64,000 bases of DNA from Candidatus Poribacteria bacterium (GCA_965242965.1 OZ251518.1:2368001-2432000), one strand, 5' to 3'. Shown: positions 48,879-58,899, counted from the first letter of the stretch. Notes: generated by a model not told the origin, from the letters alone. Made by a program: numbers and translations.

Positions 48879-49331
48879 ATGACTTTTGACTATCGATTCC
48901 GCCTGCGCGGATGTGGCGTGACGTTTGTCTGCATGCTTATCATGCCGGCGTTACTCCTCGGATGCAGAGCGAAGACTAGCATACCGGAAAGTGCGGAGAT
49001 GTTAACGCTGTCTGCCACCATCACTGAAATCGATGACCACGGTAACGCTGTCACCGACATACTCAGCGAGGCGTTTACCGAACGCGGGTGGCATCTCGGC
49101 GATACGCTGGAGGCAACGTTTGCAACCGCTCAGCCAATCCAATTCCAATTCGTTGAAGACTACGGTGATGTCCCGGTTGGCGAATATCTGGGCCGCTTTT
49201 CTACGTCCACGGGCCGGTTTAAGATTGCGATTAACCACGGGAGTATCGCTGAAACGTTGCAGTTAAAAAGCGCGAGTCAAGTGACGCTTCGGAAAGTAGA
49301 GCTGGCGGTTCCGGTAAAGGACGTGCCATAA
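48879..49331 (+). CDS. Lipoprotein with a stand-alone SAM hydroxide adenosyltransferase C-terminal (SAM_HAT_C/DUF62-C) domain
   Basis: Lipobox LLGC; IDDHGNAVTDI, YGDVPVGE and KIAINHGSIAETL motifs. Confidence 0.65.
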   Translation: MTFDYRFRLRGCGVTFVCMLIMPALLLGCRAKTSIPESAEMLTLSATITEIDDHGNAVTDILSEAFTERGWHLGDTLEATFATAQPIQFQFVEDYGDVPVGEYLGRFSTSTGRFKIAINHGSIAETLQLKSASQVTLRKVELAVPVKDVP

Positions 49332-50938
49332 TGGCGCAAACACAAAAAGAACCTAAAATGCTTTTCACACTGAAACAGGCAAGCGAATGGGCATCGCAAC
49401 ACCTGCGGAAAAACGTCACACCTGCAAACATCACCTATCTCATCCAATACGGACGGATTGAATCTGTGATGCAAAACGGCGTGACGTTGATTCCCAAGGA
49501 GAGCCTCGTCGGTTACTACAACGCTTACCTCAAAAGGCGAGAAGCACACTGGAAAGCGGAACTGGGCGAGGACCTGAACTGGGCATTGTCCTTTGAAGAG
49601 GTAAAGGAAGCGGAAACCACGAAGCATGTCCACCGCCTGCATCCTTACAAAGGGAAATTCATCCCGCAACTGGTAGAGTATTTTTTGGATACGCACACCG
49701 ACGAATTTAAGCGGGAGACGTATTTTCAACCGGGCGACATCGTGCTGGACCCGTTTTGTGGGAGTGGGACGACGCTCATCGAAGCGAACGAACGCGGCAT
49801 GCACGCAATTGGTGTCGATGTCTCGGCATTTAACGCTTTCATCGGAAATGCGAAGGTTGCCACCTACGATTTCGTTCAACTCTGGAATGCCAGCCGCGAA
49901 ATTACGGCGGAACTCAGACAATTCTACTCGCGCAACGGGGCCATTACGTTTGAAGAGAAACTGGCAGAAGCCCTTGCAGACTTCAACAACCAGTATTTCC
50001 CCGCTTCTTTCAAAAGCAAAGTTAGAACCGGGCAGATCGACCAGAAGCGTTACGGTGCCGAGAAAGAAGCCGAATTCTTGAAGACATATCGGCAACTCGT
50101 CGCGGATTATGACGTTGATATTCAGATGCCGACTGATTCCGCGAGTTTTATGAAATTGTGGTATCTTCCCGGTGTCCGGGCCGAGGTCGATTTCGTCCAC
50201 AGATTAATCAACAAAGTGGAAGAGCCCGGCACGCGAAGTGCCCTGATGCTTATCTTAAGTCGGACTATCCGCTCGTGCCGTGCCACGACACACGCCGATT
50301 TAGGAACATTGCGCGAACCCGTAACGACAACCTACTACTGCCGGAAACACGGCAAAATTTGTAAACCGCTATTCTCCATCTTGAGGTGGTGGGAGCGATA
50401 TAGCAAAGATAGCATCCAGCGATGGGTTGAGTTCGGTAGGTTGAGAACGGAGACGTTTCAGCACTGCTTAACCGGTGATGCGCGGACAATTAACATCATC
50501 GCGATGCTCCGGCGGGCACATCCACAGCTTGCTGAACTTGTCCAAACGCAGCGTATCAAAGGCATTTTCACGAGTCCGCCTTACGTCGGCTTGATTAACT
50601 ATCACGAACAACACGCTTACGCCTATGATCTCTTCGGGTTTAAACGGCTTGACGCATTAGAAATCGGACCGCTTTTCAGAGGCAAAGGGCGTGAGGCACG
50701 GGCATCCTACATTCACGGCGTGTCGGAAGTCTTGAAAAACTGCAAGCGATTTCTGGCGGCGGACTACGATGTCTTTGTCGTGGCCAACGATAAGTTTAAC
50801 ATGTATCCTACCATCGCGGAAGCGGCGGGAATGCGTATCGTGACGCAGTATAAGCGGCCCGTCTTAAATCGGACAGAGAAAAATCGCGGTTCGGCTTATG
50901 CCGAAACGATATTCCATCTCAAAGAGAAGAGGAATTGA
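49331..50938 (+). CDS. Type II DNA amino-methyltransferase (M.MjaII-like, probably m4C) with an N-terminal HTH-like region
   Basis: HPYKGKFIPQL; motif I DPFCGSGTT before motif IV TSPPY. Confidence 0.85.
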   Translation: MAQTQKEPKMLFTLKQASEWASQHLRKNVTPANITYLIQYGRIESVMQNGVTLIPKESLVGYYNAYLKRREAHWKAELGEDLNWALSFEEVKEAETTKHVHRLHPYKGKFIPQLVEYFLDTHTDEFKRETYFQPGDIVLDPFCGSGTTLIEANERGMHAIGVDVSAFNAFIGNAKVATYDFVQLWNASREITAELRQFYSRNGAITFEEKLAEALADFNNQYFPASFKSKVRTGQIDQKRYGAEKEAEFLKTYRQLVADYDVDIQMPTDSASFMKLWYLPGVRAEVDFVHRLINKVEEPGTRSALMLILSRTIRSCRATTHADLGTLREPVTTTYYCRKHGKICKPLFSILRWWERYSKDSIQRWVEFGRLRTETFQHCLTGDARTINIIAMLRRAHPQLAELVQTQRIKGIFTSPPYVGLINYHEQHAYAYDLFGFKRLDALEIGPLFRGKGREARASYIHGVSEVLKNCKRFLAADYDVFVVANDKFNMYPTIAEAAGMRIVTQYKRPVLNRTEKNRGSAYAETIFHLKEKRN

Positions 50939-50942
50939 AGTG

Positions 50943-51713
50943 ATGCCGTCACCACGCCAGACGATGATTAAAGAGCGGCTTGTGGAGTGTATCCGGACTA
51001 AATTCCGCACCTACACGCCTGAAACGAACTATATGCCGTTCCACCACCGCTTGCTCGGCAGAGATAGGATGGCATTATTCTCTTTCATCCATTCCTTGAA
51101 TACGACATTCGGGGTTTCCATCTATGAGCCAGTCGCCCTTGAATTAGCACGTGAGCGATTTCGGCGCGTGGAAACACAGGTGAAACCTGCCGGGGAAATC
51201 AGCACGGAGGCTCACCGGCAAATCCAAACCATCATCGATGGATTGGTGCGCGCAACGCGAGAACCCGATAGAACCGTCGAAACAGAAGAAATTAGAGCGG
51301 TTTGTCAAGCAGGCGATTTAAACCGTGTGAAACTGACTCGGGTTGACATCTGGTTAGAAAACCATGAGGGGGAACTGTTTTTAATCGATCTGAAAACAGT
51401 CAAACCTAACGTGAAAGGGTTTGAGTCATACAAACGAACCCTCCTAGAGTGGACAGCAGCAGAACTGGCTCGTGCTCCAGAGGCTGCTATCCAAACGCTA
51501 ATTGGCATTCCCTACAATCCTTATGAACCGGAACCGTATCGTCGATGGACGATGAGAGGACTGTTTGACATGCCGAACGAAATTTTGGTAGCGGAAGAAC
51601 TCTGGAATTTTATCGGTGGAGAAGGCAGTTACGCAGATTTGCTAGTCGCTTTTGAACTCGCCGGGATGGAACTCCGGTCCGAAATTGACGAGTATTTTGA
51701 GAAGTTCCGATAG
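50943..51713 (+). CDS. Type II restriction endonuclease, TdeIII/MjaII family
   Basis: MPFHHRLLG, SFIHSLNTTFG, VDIWL...IDLKTVKPN and IPYNPY motifs. Confidence 0.8.
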   Translation: MPSPRQTMIKERLVECIRTKFRTYTPETNYMPFHHRLLGRDRMALFSFIHSLNTTFGVSIYEPVALELARERFRRVETQVKPAGEISTEAHRQIQTIIDGLVRATREPDRTVETEEIRAVCQAGDLNRVKLTRVDIWLENHEGELFLIDLKTVKPNVKGFESYKRTLLEWTAAELARAPEAAIQTLIGIPYNPYEPEPYRRWTMRGLFDMPNEILVAEELWNFIGGEGSYADLLVAFELAGMELRSEIDEYFEKFR

Positions 51714-51734
51714 CCTTTCGCGCCTCAGGATTGG

Positions 51735-52757
51735 ATGTCTATGAAAGTTGACAACACTTTTGACAAAACCGAGTTAAAAAAACGGCTCAACGCCGCATAC
51801 GCTCTCAACCTGCAAACCCTCACTTTTCTACCGGAAGGCGAAGATAGTTACGGCTATATCGCCACCTCCGAAACAGGGGAACGCTATTTTGCCAAAGCCT
51901 CCTCTTCCGTGCCGGAGGCATCTTTGCATATCGCTACGCACTTACGAGAACAGGGCGGCATAGCCGAAGTTGTCGCGCCTTTGAAAACGCAAGCAGGCGC
52001 GCTCAGCATCGCATGGCACGATTTTCGCGTCTCTCTATTTCCGTTCATTGCCGGTAAAAGCCGATGGGACTTGTGGAAAATCGGAGAAGATTTCACCGAT
52101 GCAGCATTGGCGAAGTGCGGCGAATTGCTCGCAAAAATCCACAACTGTCCAGAACCCATCGCGCCGGTGATGGCCACGAAAACCACATATCAATTGCCTC
52201 TTCGGCACGAACTTTTCGCCGTTCTCAATGCCGCTGAGAACGGCACGCCGTGTCAAAACCGCTATCAACGCCAACTGCTGGAAGCACTCTCTCTGCACCG
52301 CGCAGCTATTCTGCAAACCTTGGAGAGATATGATAACCTCGGACATTCAGCGGAAGCACTGCAAACGCCGTTTGTCATCACACACGGAGATGCGACACCG
52401 GGCAATCTCATTCTAGATACCGAAGACCGGATGCACCTGATCGATTGGGACGGTGCATGCCTCGGGCCACCTGAGAAGGACCTGGTTTCTTTCACCGGTG
52501 AACAGTTTGAGATAGTTCTGGCGGCATATCTGAAACACCGCTATGCAGCCTTACACGCCGATATTTTCGGTTTCTATATTTACGAATGGACGCTCAACGA
52601 AATCCGAGATTACGGCATGAAAATCTTGTTTAAAAACAGCGACGCACAGCAGAATGAATACGACTGGGAAAGCCTGCAAGAATATCTACCGCCAGCCCAG
52701 GACGCTATGGAGGTAGGCATAGAGGCTCTTCACAAAATTTTGGGCAGAATTTTGTAG
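51735..52757 (+). CDS. Aminoglycoside/aminocyclitol phosphotransferase-family kinase
   Basis: FLPEGED, THGDATPGN, LIDWD and PPEKDL motifs. Confidence 0.75.
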   Translation: MSMKVDNTFDKTELKKRLNAAYALNLQTLTFLPEGEDSYGYIATSETGERYFAKASSSVPEASLHIATHLREQGGIAEVVAPLKTQAGALSIAWHDFRVSLFPFIAGKSRWDLWKIGEDFTDAALAKCGELLAKIHNCPEPIAPVMATKTTYQLPLRHELFAVLNAAENGTPCQNRYQRQLLEALSLHRAAILQTLERYDNLGHSAEALQTPFVITHGDATPGNLILDTEDRMHLIDWDGACLGPPEKDLVSFTGEQFEIVLAAYLKHRYAALHADIFGFYIYEWTLNEIRDYGMKILFKNSDAQQNEYDWESLQEYLPPAQDAMEVGIEALHKILGRIL

Positions 52758-52840
52758 CGGCGATTTCTAGAGTCGCCCTACACGCTATTATTAGGGTGGA
52801 TTTCTACGTCCATCTACATCCCCGATAAGGGAGGACACCC

Positions 52841-53569
52841 ATGTCTCAAATCAAATCCGTGCTATTGTGGGAAAACCAACGCCGTTATATCCGCGAGGCT
52901 ATCGATGCCGGCACCCTCAAAGGCGCGATTATCCCTACCGGCAGCACAGAGCAGCACAACGAACACCTCGCGATGTACCACGATACGCAAAGTGCTGTTT
53001 ACGTTTCCAAATTAGCGGCGGAAAAGTTGTTTCCGCAGGTTATCGTCACGACACCGCTGGCGATTGGCGTATCGGAACACTGGATGGACCACAAGGGCAC
53101 GCTTACGTTGCGCCCCGAGGTCTTCGGCGAAGTGCTTTACGATGTCGCCGATAGCATCCGCCGACACGGTATCCATAACATCTTGATTGTCAACGGGCAC
53201 GCCGGTAATACGGCACCCGTGCAGGAACGTTTGGACGGATTCCGCGCCAGACTCGGCATTAACCTCGCGTATCACTCTTATTGGGAGGCATACAGCGAAG
53301 AATTGGTGCAGGAACAGATGGAATCCGGGGTCTGCCCTGGGCACGCGGCGGAGTTCGAGACAGCGTTCGCCCTCGCCGCCTTCCCCGAAAACGTGGATTG
53401 GAACGGCGTAGACTACAACGGCGCGAAACTCACCATCTCCAATGCCGGGCAAGCGGCAGCAGACAGGGAGTATCATCACCAAGCCAAATTGGCGACTGCC
53501 GAAAAGGGCCAAGCAATGCTCGATGTCGCCGTGGCATGGGTTACGGAACGGATGCAGGCGATGTTTTAG
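52841..53569 (+). CDS. Creatininase family amidohydrolase
   Basis: GSTEQH.EHL..D, GVSEHW, NGHAGN and GHAAEFET motifs. Confidence 0.88.
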   Translation: MSQIKSVLLWENQRRYIREAIDAGTLKGAIIPTGSTEQHNEHLAMYHDTQSAVYVSKLAAEKLFPQVIVTTPLAIGVSEHWMDHKGTLTLRPEVFGEVLYDVADSIRRHGIHNILIVNGHAGNTAPVQERLDGFRARLGINLAYHSYWEAYSEELVQEQMESGVCPGHAAEFETAFALAAFPENVDWNGVDYNGAKLTISNAGQAAADREYHHQAKLATAEKGQAMLDVAVAWVTERMQAMF

Positions 53570-53635
53570 GCGCGATGTCCCGCGGTTGCGTTGGAGCGGT
53601 AGGCGCGGTTTGAAACCGCGCCTACCGGCTTGGAT

Positions 53636-54424
53636 TTAATGTCCTTCAAGTGCCTTCCGCAACCCATCGCCGTGTTCGCGCCACCAACTATAGAGAATGG
53701 AGATATCGGTGCCGATGCAGAAATGCCGCACGCCCATATCTAAATATCGTTTCGCCCCATCGGCACTGCCAATCTCCGCGCGTGGGGGCACACCCATCTT
53801 TAGCGAAGTCTCAAAGACTTTGCGTTCCGCCGCTTGGATTTCGGGCGCGCCGCGCTGCCCCGCCATGCCGACGCTCATCGAATAATCCGCGCCGCCCCAC
53901 TGAATCATGTCAACGCCTTCAACCGCCAGCACCTCTTCGAGATTTTCGACGGTGCCTTTCTTCTCAATCATGATGACGACGACGACATCGCGGAGTGCCT
54001 GAATGTAGTCCGGGCTCCCCCCGTATCCCATATAAGAGAATCGACGGGTTGCGACACCATAACTGCCGCCATCTTCGGGTGTATCGGCGCGCGTAATGCG
54101 AACGCATTCCTTCACATCCTCAACGTTTTGGCAATCGGCGTAAAGCACACTCTGGAAGCCGGAACCGATAGCGCGTTGCGCGAGGAAGCCGCGCGGCTCC
54201 TGGTCTACTTTAATCATCGTTGAGATGTTATGCAGTTCCGCCGCCCGGCACAGATTGTCCAAATCGTGCAGGTCAAACGGGCCATACTCCCCAACGAATT
54301 CAACGTAGTCATACATCCCAGTGTGGCCGATTGCCTCCACGATGGAGGGCCACGTCGTGTGGATGTGCGTGCCGACGGTAGGTTTATCGGCGTTCAATAA
54401 CTCTCGAAAGGTATTTTTTCTCAT
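53636..54424 (-). CDS. HpcH/HpaI aldolase family protein
   Basis: EYGPFD, MIEK and GVDMIQWGGADYSMS motifs. Confidence 0.85.
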   Translation of the reverse strand: MRKNTFRELLNADKPTVGTHIHTTWPSIVEAIGHTGMYDYVEFVGEYGPFDLHDLDNLCRAAELHNISTMIKVDQEPRGFLAQRAIGSGFQSVLYADCQNVEDVKECVRITRADTPEDGGSYGVATRRFSYMGYGGSPDYIQALRDVVVVIMIEKKGTVENLEEVLAVEGVDMIQWGGADYSMSVGMAGQRGAPEIQAAERKVFETSLKMGVPPRAEIGSADGAKRYLDMGVRHFCIGTDISILYSWWREHGDGLRKALEGH

Positions 54425-54570
54425 CAATTTCACCTCGTGCTGTTCGGAAGATTTTTCGCTGAAAACTCAACGTCTCTATATTAGCAGCGTCCCGCACTTT
54501 TTTCAACTGAAAAATGGTTGCATCACAAAGCGATGTGTGTTAAAATTATTCACGGCAACGGAGGTATCTC

Positions 54571-55353
54571 ATGGAAAAAAGTTTTCTATTACCCACAAAT
54601 TTCGGTGACTATCTGACAATTGAAAACGCTGCGCAACGCTTTGAAGAGGCGACAGACGTGGCATTGAAAGTTTCCAATGCAGGTGTAAGACTGTATGCCA
54701 CCATGGATCACGCTGCGATTTTCTGTGACCCGCCGCATCTCGTCGCTGGCGGTTTGAAACAGGTAGGCTATGTGAACGGCTGGGATGCGCGGTGTTACCC
54801 TTCGCCTGTCGATGGACACGATTACATCAACGTCTCGGCGCGATTGCCCGAACGTCATCCAGCGCGCGCTTCCGGGTGGTTTGACTACGTCGCTGTCGTG
54901 CATCCCGTTGACGAACCTGCGCGGCAACACATGCTTGGGCAAGGGTATGGCAATCCGTTTATCCACCACCTGACGTGGGGCATCGTTCCCTTACAGCGCG
55001 CCGATGCTGACGATTTCACTTACGCCAGCCGAGTCGTTCCGGATATGGTTGAGAAACGCGAGATTATCGGGAACGCCATCGGCGACGCGCCCGGCACGCT
55101 GATTATTGCGCTGCCCGAGAACGTCATCGCCGATGCGCGCTTTGAAGAGGCACTGCCCGAGTGGCTGGGGGCCCTTGATGAGGAAGAATATCAGGTCGAA
55201 GCAATGCAGGGCGGCGGCTTCCTCATCCAGTTTTTCGTGCTGACTGGCGGCAGGATTGAGGTAGCGATGCGTGCGGATACAACGCAGACGTTTAATCCGA
55301 AGAGCGTGCACAAAATCTCGGCGGATGAAATTAGTGCTGTGCAGGGAGAATAA
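54571..55353 (+). CDS. Hypothetical protein, possibly a VOC/HPPD-like metalloenzyme
   Basis: DHAA, IHHLTWG, LIQFF and RIEVAMR echo the VOC His/His/Glu triad. Confidence 0.45.
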   Translation: MEKSFLLPTNFGDYLTIENAAQRFEEATDVALKVSNAGVRLYATMDHAAIFCDPPHLVAGGLKQVGYVNGWDARCYPSPVDGHDYINVSARLPERHPARASGWFDYVAVVHPVDEPARQHMLGQGYGNPFIHHLTWGIVPLQRADADDFTYASRVVPDMVEKREIIGNAIGDAPGTLIIALPENVIADARFEEALPEWLGALDEEEYQVEAMQGGGFLIQFFVLTGGRIEVAMRADTTQTFNPKSVHKISADEISAVQGE

Positions 55354-55581
55354 GTTTTGCGTTTTCCTTGACACCGGCAATGTTGTGTGGTATCCTTAAA
55401 GGCAAACGCCTTCTGCCCCAGAAGTCGTCAGCGTTTCAATAGACATGCTGAAACGATGCACGGAAAGTCAAAGCGCGCGGCGAAAATGCGATATGTATAC
55501 TTTTTATACATATCCTGTCAAAATATGGTGGAAAATGACAACAAAGGCACAATTCGATCCAAATATCCCATGGGACAGAGC

Positions 55582-56291
55582 CGTAGGAGAGCCCTCCTGG
55601 TCTCGATGCGAGCGGTGTCCCGGTAGGAGAGCCCTCCTGGTCTCGATGCGTTTTGTTGCTGTGCTATCGGGACAAGGATGTCCCTCCTACCGGTCTCGAT
55701 GCGTTCGGCGGTTCCCGTAGGGCGAGGGCCTGTCCCTCGCCGTGCCAAAATTCTCCTTTCACCGTAGGGCGAGGGCCTGTCCCTCGCCATGCACAGGTCT
55801 GAGCAGCAAACATCCGAGGTCTATGAGCTGCAGGCGTTTTTCGCGGAGATCGGCAGATCGCGGGGGACAGGCCCCCGCGCTACGGTAAGAAATAAGAAAT
55901 CGTCCCCGTTCACCGTAGGGCGAGGGCCTGTCCCTCGCCGTGCCTAAGGTCCCTTAGGTCCTTAATATGATTTTTCACGTCTTGTCTCCCGCACATTAAG
56001 GTCCTAACGGACCTTGAAAAGTTTGGCAGACCGGGGTTTCTATAGACATGCAGGTCTTAAAAGACCTGAAGAGGCATCCATTGCAAAAAGCATGCTCGTT
56101 GCGCGGGAGATAATCTTGTAAATCGTGTAAATCCTGTAAATCCTGATTCAGACTATTAAGATTGCGGGGGAAACCCGCTCGGATGCGCGGATGGCATCCG
56201 AGGGCCCCCGCGCTACGAACTACGGACGTTTGAGGCATCGAGACCAGGAGGTCTCTCCTACCGGGAAGGCATCAAGATATGAAACCCCCTC
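55582..56291. repeat. Large mixed REP array ending in a MITE right TIR
   Basis: REP-A/B/C, GGWCC palindromes, AATCCTG tract; TATGAAACCCCCTC ends at 56291. Confidence 0.75.
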
Positions 56292-56388
56292 ACTTAACTG
56301 TGGCGGAGCCCTTGACGATGCACGGGTGGCAGGAGCACGCGGTAAAATCAATACGCATCCTTTTTGTAGATATAGGAGGATTTCCTCA

Positions 56389-56994
56389 ATGCCGTATAGC
56401 AATTTTACGTTAGAAAAAGTGCGGAAAACGTTTCATTTAGAGGCGTTTGAAGAGGCGGACATCTCCTCTGACATCGAACCGGTAAGTCCAAGCGCAGAAC
56501 TTACCAAGGCATTGTCGCGCAATGTGCCGGTAGCGAAAGCCATCAACACTGAGAAGGCGAAATCGGAAATGATTGTCGCTAATGTTCTCCTTGAACTTCG
56601 CGAGCACTTTGAGCGGCGTATCAGTCTTTTTTCAGGTATCGATTTCAACGTTGACGACAAGACAGAATTAACCGGCGTGTGCGACTTCCTCGTCAGTCTG
56701 TCTCCGGTGCAATTTCATTTAGAGGCACCCATCATCATTCTTGTAGAGGCGAAGAAGGATGATCTGACGGTTGGATTCGGGCAGTGTGTCGCGGAGATGG
56801 TGGCCGCCCAACGCTTTAATGCCGAGAGAGGCAATGACATCCGTTGCGTTTATGGTGCTGCCACATCAGGAATAGTGTGGCAATTCCTCAAATTGGAGGG
56901 ACAAGCACTCTATATTGATAGCACCGTGTATGTAATCGGGCAGTGCGGCAAAATCCTCGGCATCCTCGCCAGTATGGTGGAACAAAAGGCATGA
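56389..56994 (+). CDS. PD-(D/E)xK (HSDR_N-like) protein, paralog 1 (201 aa)
   Basis: YSNFTL, TEKAKSE, GVCDFL, VEAKK and GQCVAEMVAAQRFN motifs; RBS AGGAGG. Confidence 0.7.
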   Translation: MPYSNFTLEKVRKTFHLEAFEEADISSDIEPVSPSAELTKALSRNVPVAKAINTEKAKSEMIVANVLLELREHFERRISLFSGIDFNVDDKTELTGVCDFLVSLSPVQFHLEAPIIILVEAKKDDLTVGFGQCVAEMVAAQRFNAERGNDIRCVYGAATSGIVWQFLKLEGQALYIDSTVYVIGQCGKILGILASMVEQKA

Positions 56995-57009
56995 ACCGGA
57001 GATGAACAG

Positions 57010-57615
57010 ATGGCATACAGCAACTTCACCCTAGATTCGGTGGAAGCAGCGTTTCAGTTAGAAGTCGTTGAACGCGCGGGTATCTTTTCTGGGATAGAAC
57101 CGGTGGCACCGAGCCTCTATCTATCAACAGGCTTAGCCAAAAAGGTTGCACTGGCCACCGCGATAGGCACTGAGAAAGCGCGTTCGGAACTCATTGTTGC
57201 CGACATTCTCGTTGAACTGCGGGAACATTTCGAGTTTCGCATTAGCTTTTTTTCGGGGATTGACTTCAACGTTGATGCAGAAAACGAACTCACCGGTGTC
57301 TGCGATTTCTTAGTGAGTCTATCCCCTAGACAATCGCTTTTAAAGGCACCTATCATCGCGCTGGTGGAAGCAAAGAACGTTGACGTGAAACAAGGACGAG
57401 GACAGTGTGTGGCGGAGATGATTGCCGCCCAACGCTTTAACGCCGACAAAGGCAATGACATCCCCCGCATTTACGGTGCATCGACTACGGGAACGGAGTG
57501 GCAGTTCCTGAAATTAGAGGAGAAGTGCCTGCACCTAGATATGGATACCTACCCTATCCAGCGGTGCGATGCAATCCTCGGCATCCTCGCCAGTATGGTG
57601 GAACAAAAAGCATGA
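57010..57615 (+). CDS. PD-(D/E)xK (HSDR_N-like) protein, paralog 2 (201 aa)
   Basis: Same motifs; VEAKN. Confidence 0.7.
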   Translation: MAYSNFTLDSVEAAFQLEVVERAGIFSGIEPVAPSLYLSTGLAKKVALATAIGTEKARSELIVADILVELREHFEFRISFFSGIDFNVDAENELTGVCDFLVSLSPRQSLLKAPIIALVEAKNVDVKQGRGQCVAEMIAAQRFNADKGNDIPRIYGASTTGTEWQFLKLEEKCLHLDMDTYPIQRCDAILGILASMVEQKA

Positions 57616-57630
57616 ACGGGAGATAAGCCG

Positions 57631-58236
57631 ATGGAGTCCAGCAACTTCACCCTAGAAATAGCGCGGAAGAGGTTTCAACTTGAAGAAACTCAATCTATCG
57701 GCATCTTCGCCGACATAGAGCCGGTGACACCGCGTGCGCACTTTATCACCGAGTTCGCGGATAGAGTGTCAATCGCCGCCGCTATAAACACCGAGAAGGC
57801 AAAATCGGAACTCCTTGTCGCCGAAGTGCTGTTTGAGCTCCGCGCGCACTGCACCCGGCAGATAAGTTTTTTTTCGGGGATTGACTTCAACGTGAATGCC
57901 GATGATGAACTCACGGGTGTATGCGACTTTCTCGTGAGTCTGTCGCCAAATCAATTTGATTTAGAAGCACCTGTCATCATTCTCGTAGAGGCAAAGCGGG
58001 ATGCACCGGCATTCGGCTTGGGGCAGTGTGTGGCGGAGATGATTGCCGCTCAACGCTTTAATACCGACAAAGGCAATGACATCCCCCGCATTTACGGTGT
58101 CTCCACCACCGGCACCGAGTGGCTATTCCTCAAATTAGAGGAACGGCACCTGCAAATTGATCGGGATATCTACCACATCAAGCAGTGCGGCGCAATCCTC
58201 GGCATCCTCGCCTGCATGGTGGAACAAAAAGCGTGA
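57631..58236 (+). CDS. PD-(D/E)xK (HSDR_N-like) protein, paralog 3 (201 aa)
   Basis: Same motifs; VEAKR. Confidence 0.7.
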   Translation: MESSNFTLEIARKRFQLEETQSIGIFADIEPVTPRAHFITEFADRVSIAAAINTEKAKSELLVAEVLFELRAHCTRQISFFSGIDFNVNADDELTGVCDFLVSLSPNQFDLEAPVIILVEAKRDAPAFGLGQCVAEMIAAQRFNTDKGNDIPRIYGVSTTGTEWLFLKLEERHLQIDRDIYHIKQCGAILGILACMVEQKA

Positions 58237-58270
58237 CTCAAATGCCCCTGGAACAGTGAGGTGATTTCAG

Positions 58271-58876
58271 ATGGCGTATAGCAACTTTACGTTAGATTCG
58301 GCAGTGAAAGCGTTTGATTTAGAAATCGTTGAATCCGCCGCTCTTTTCTCTCCAATAGAGCCGATAGTCCCGCGGCCCCATTTCATAACCGATTTGGCGA
58401 AAAAGGCGAAGGTCGCGGCCGCTATCGGCACCGAAAAGGCGAAGTCCGAACTCATCGTCGCCAGCGTGCTGTTTGAACTCCTTGAGAACACTGATTTCGG
58501 CATCAGCCTGTTTTCAGGCATTGAATTCAACGTTGATAACGAAAAGGGGTTGAACGGGGTGTGTGATTTCTTAGTCAGTTTGTCACCGGTGCAATATCTC
58601 TTACAGACACCTGTTATTGTCCTCGTTGCAGCGAAAAAAGATAACGTGAGAGAGGGCCTCGGGCAGTGTATCGCCGAAATGGTGGCCGCCCAACGCTTTA
58701 ACTCGGAAATGGAAAATGACATCGCCCGCGTTTATGGTGCATCTACGACAGGGAGGGATTGGCAATTCCTTACATTAGCGGAAAGGCAGCTGCACTTGGA
58801 TAGGGAGATTTACCACATCCAGCAGTGCGACAAAATCCTCGGCATTCTCACCAGCATGGTGGCGCAAAATGCGTGA
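58271..58876 (+). CDS. PD-(D/E)xK (HSDR_N-like) protein, paralog 4 (201 aa, E-to-A in the ExK motif)
   Basis: Same motifs; VAAKK. Confidence 0.7.
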   Translation: MAYSNFTLDSAVKAFDLEIVESAALFSPIEPIVPRPHFITDLAKKAKVAAAIGTEKAKSELIVASVLFELLENTDFGISLFSGIEFNVDNEKGLNGVCDFLVSLSPVQYLLQTPVIVLVAAKKDNVREGLGQCIAEMVAAQRFNSEMENDIARVYGASTTGRDWQFLTLAERQLHLDREIYHIQQCDKILGILTSMVAQNA

Positions 58877-58899
58877 GTCGCGCGCATTAAAAAATAAAT

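Noticed and set aside
51735-52757. Bona fide antibiotic resistance gene
   Set aside because: Only generic APH/choline-kinase motifs are visible, so the substrate cannot be assigned
56191-56388. 66 aa N-terminal extension on the first PD-(D/E)xK paralog
   Set aside because: Largely derived from REP/MITE sequence; the SD and paralog alignment put the start at 56389
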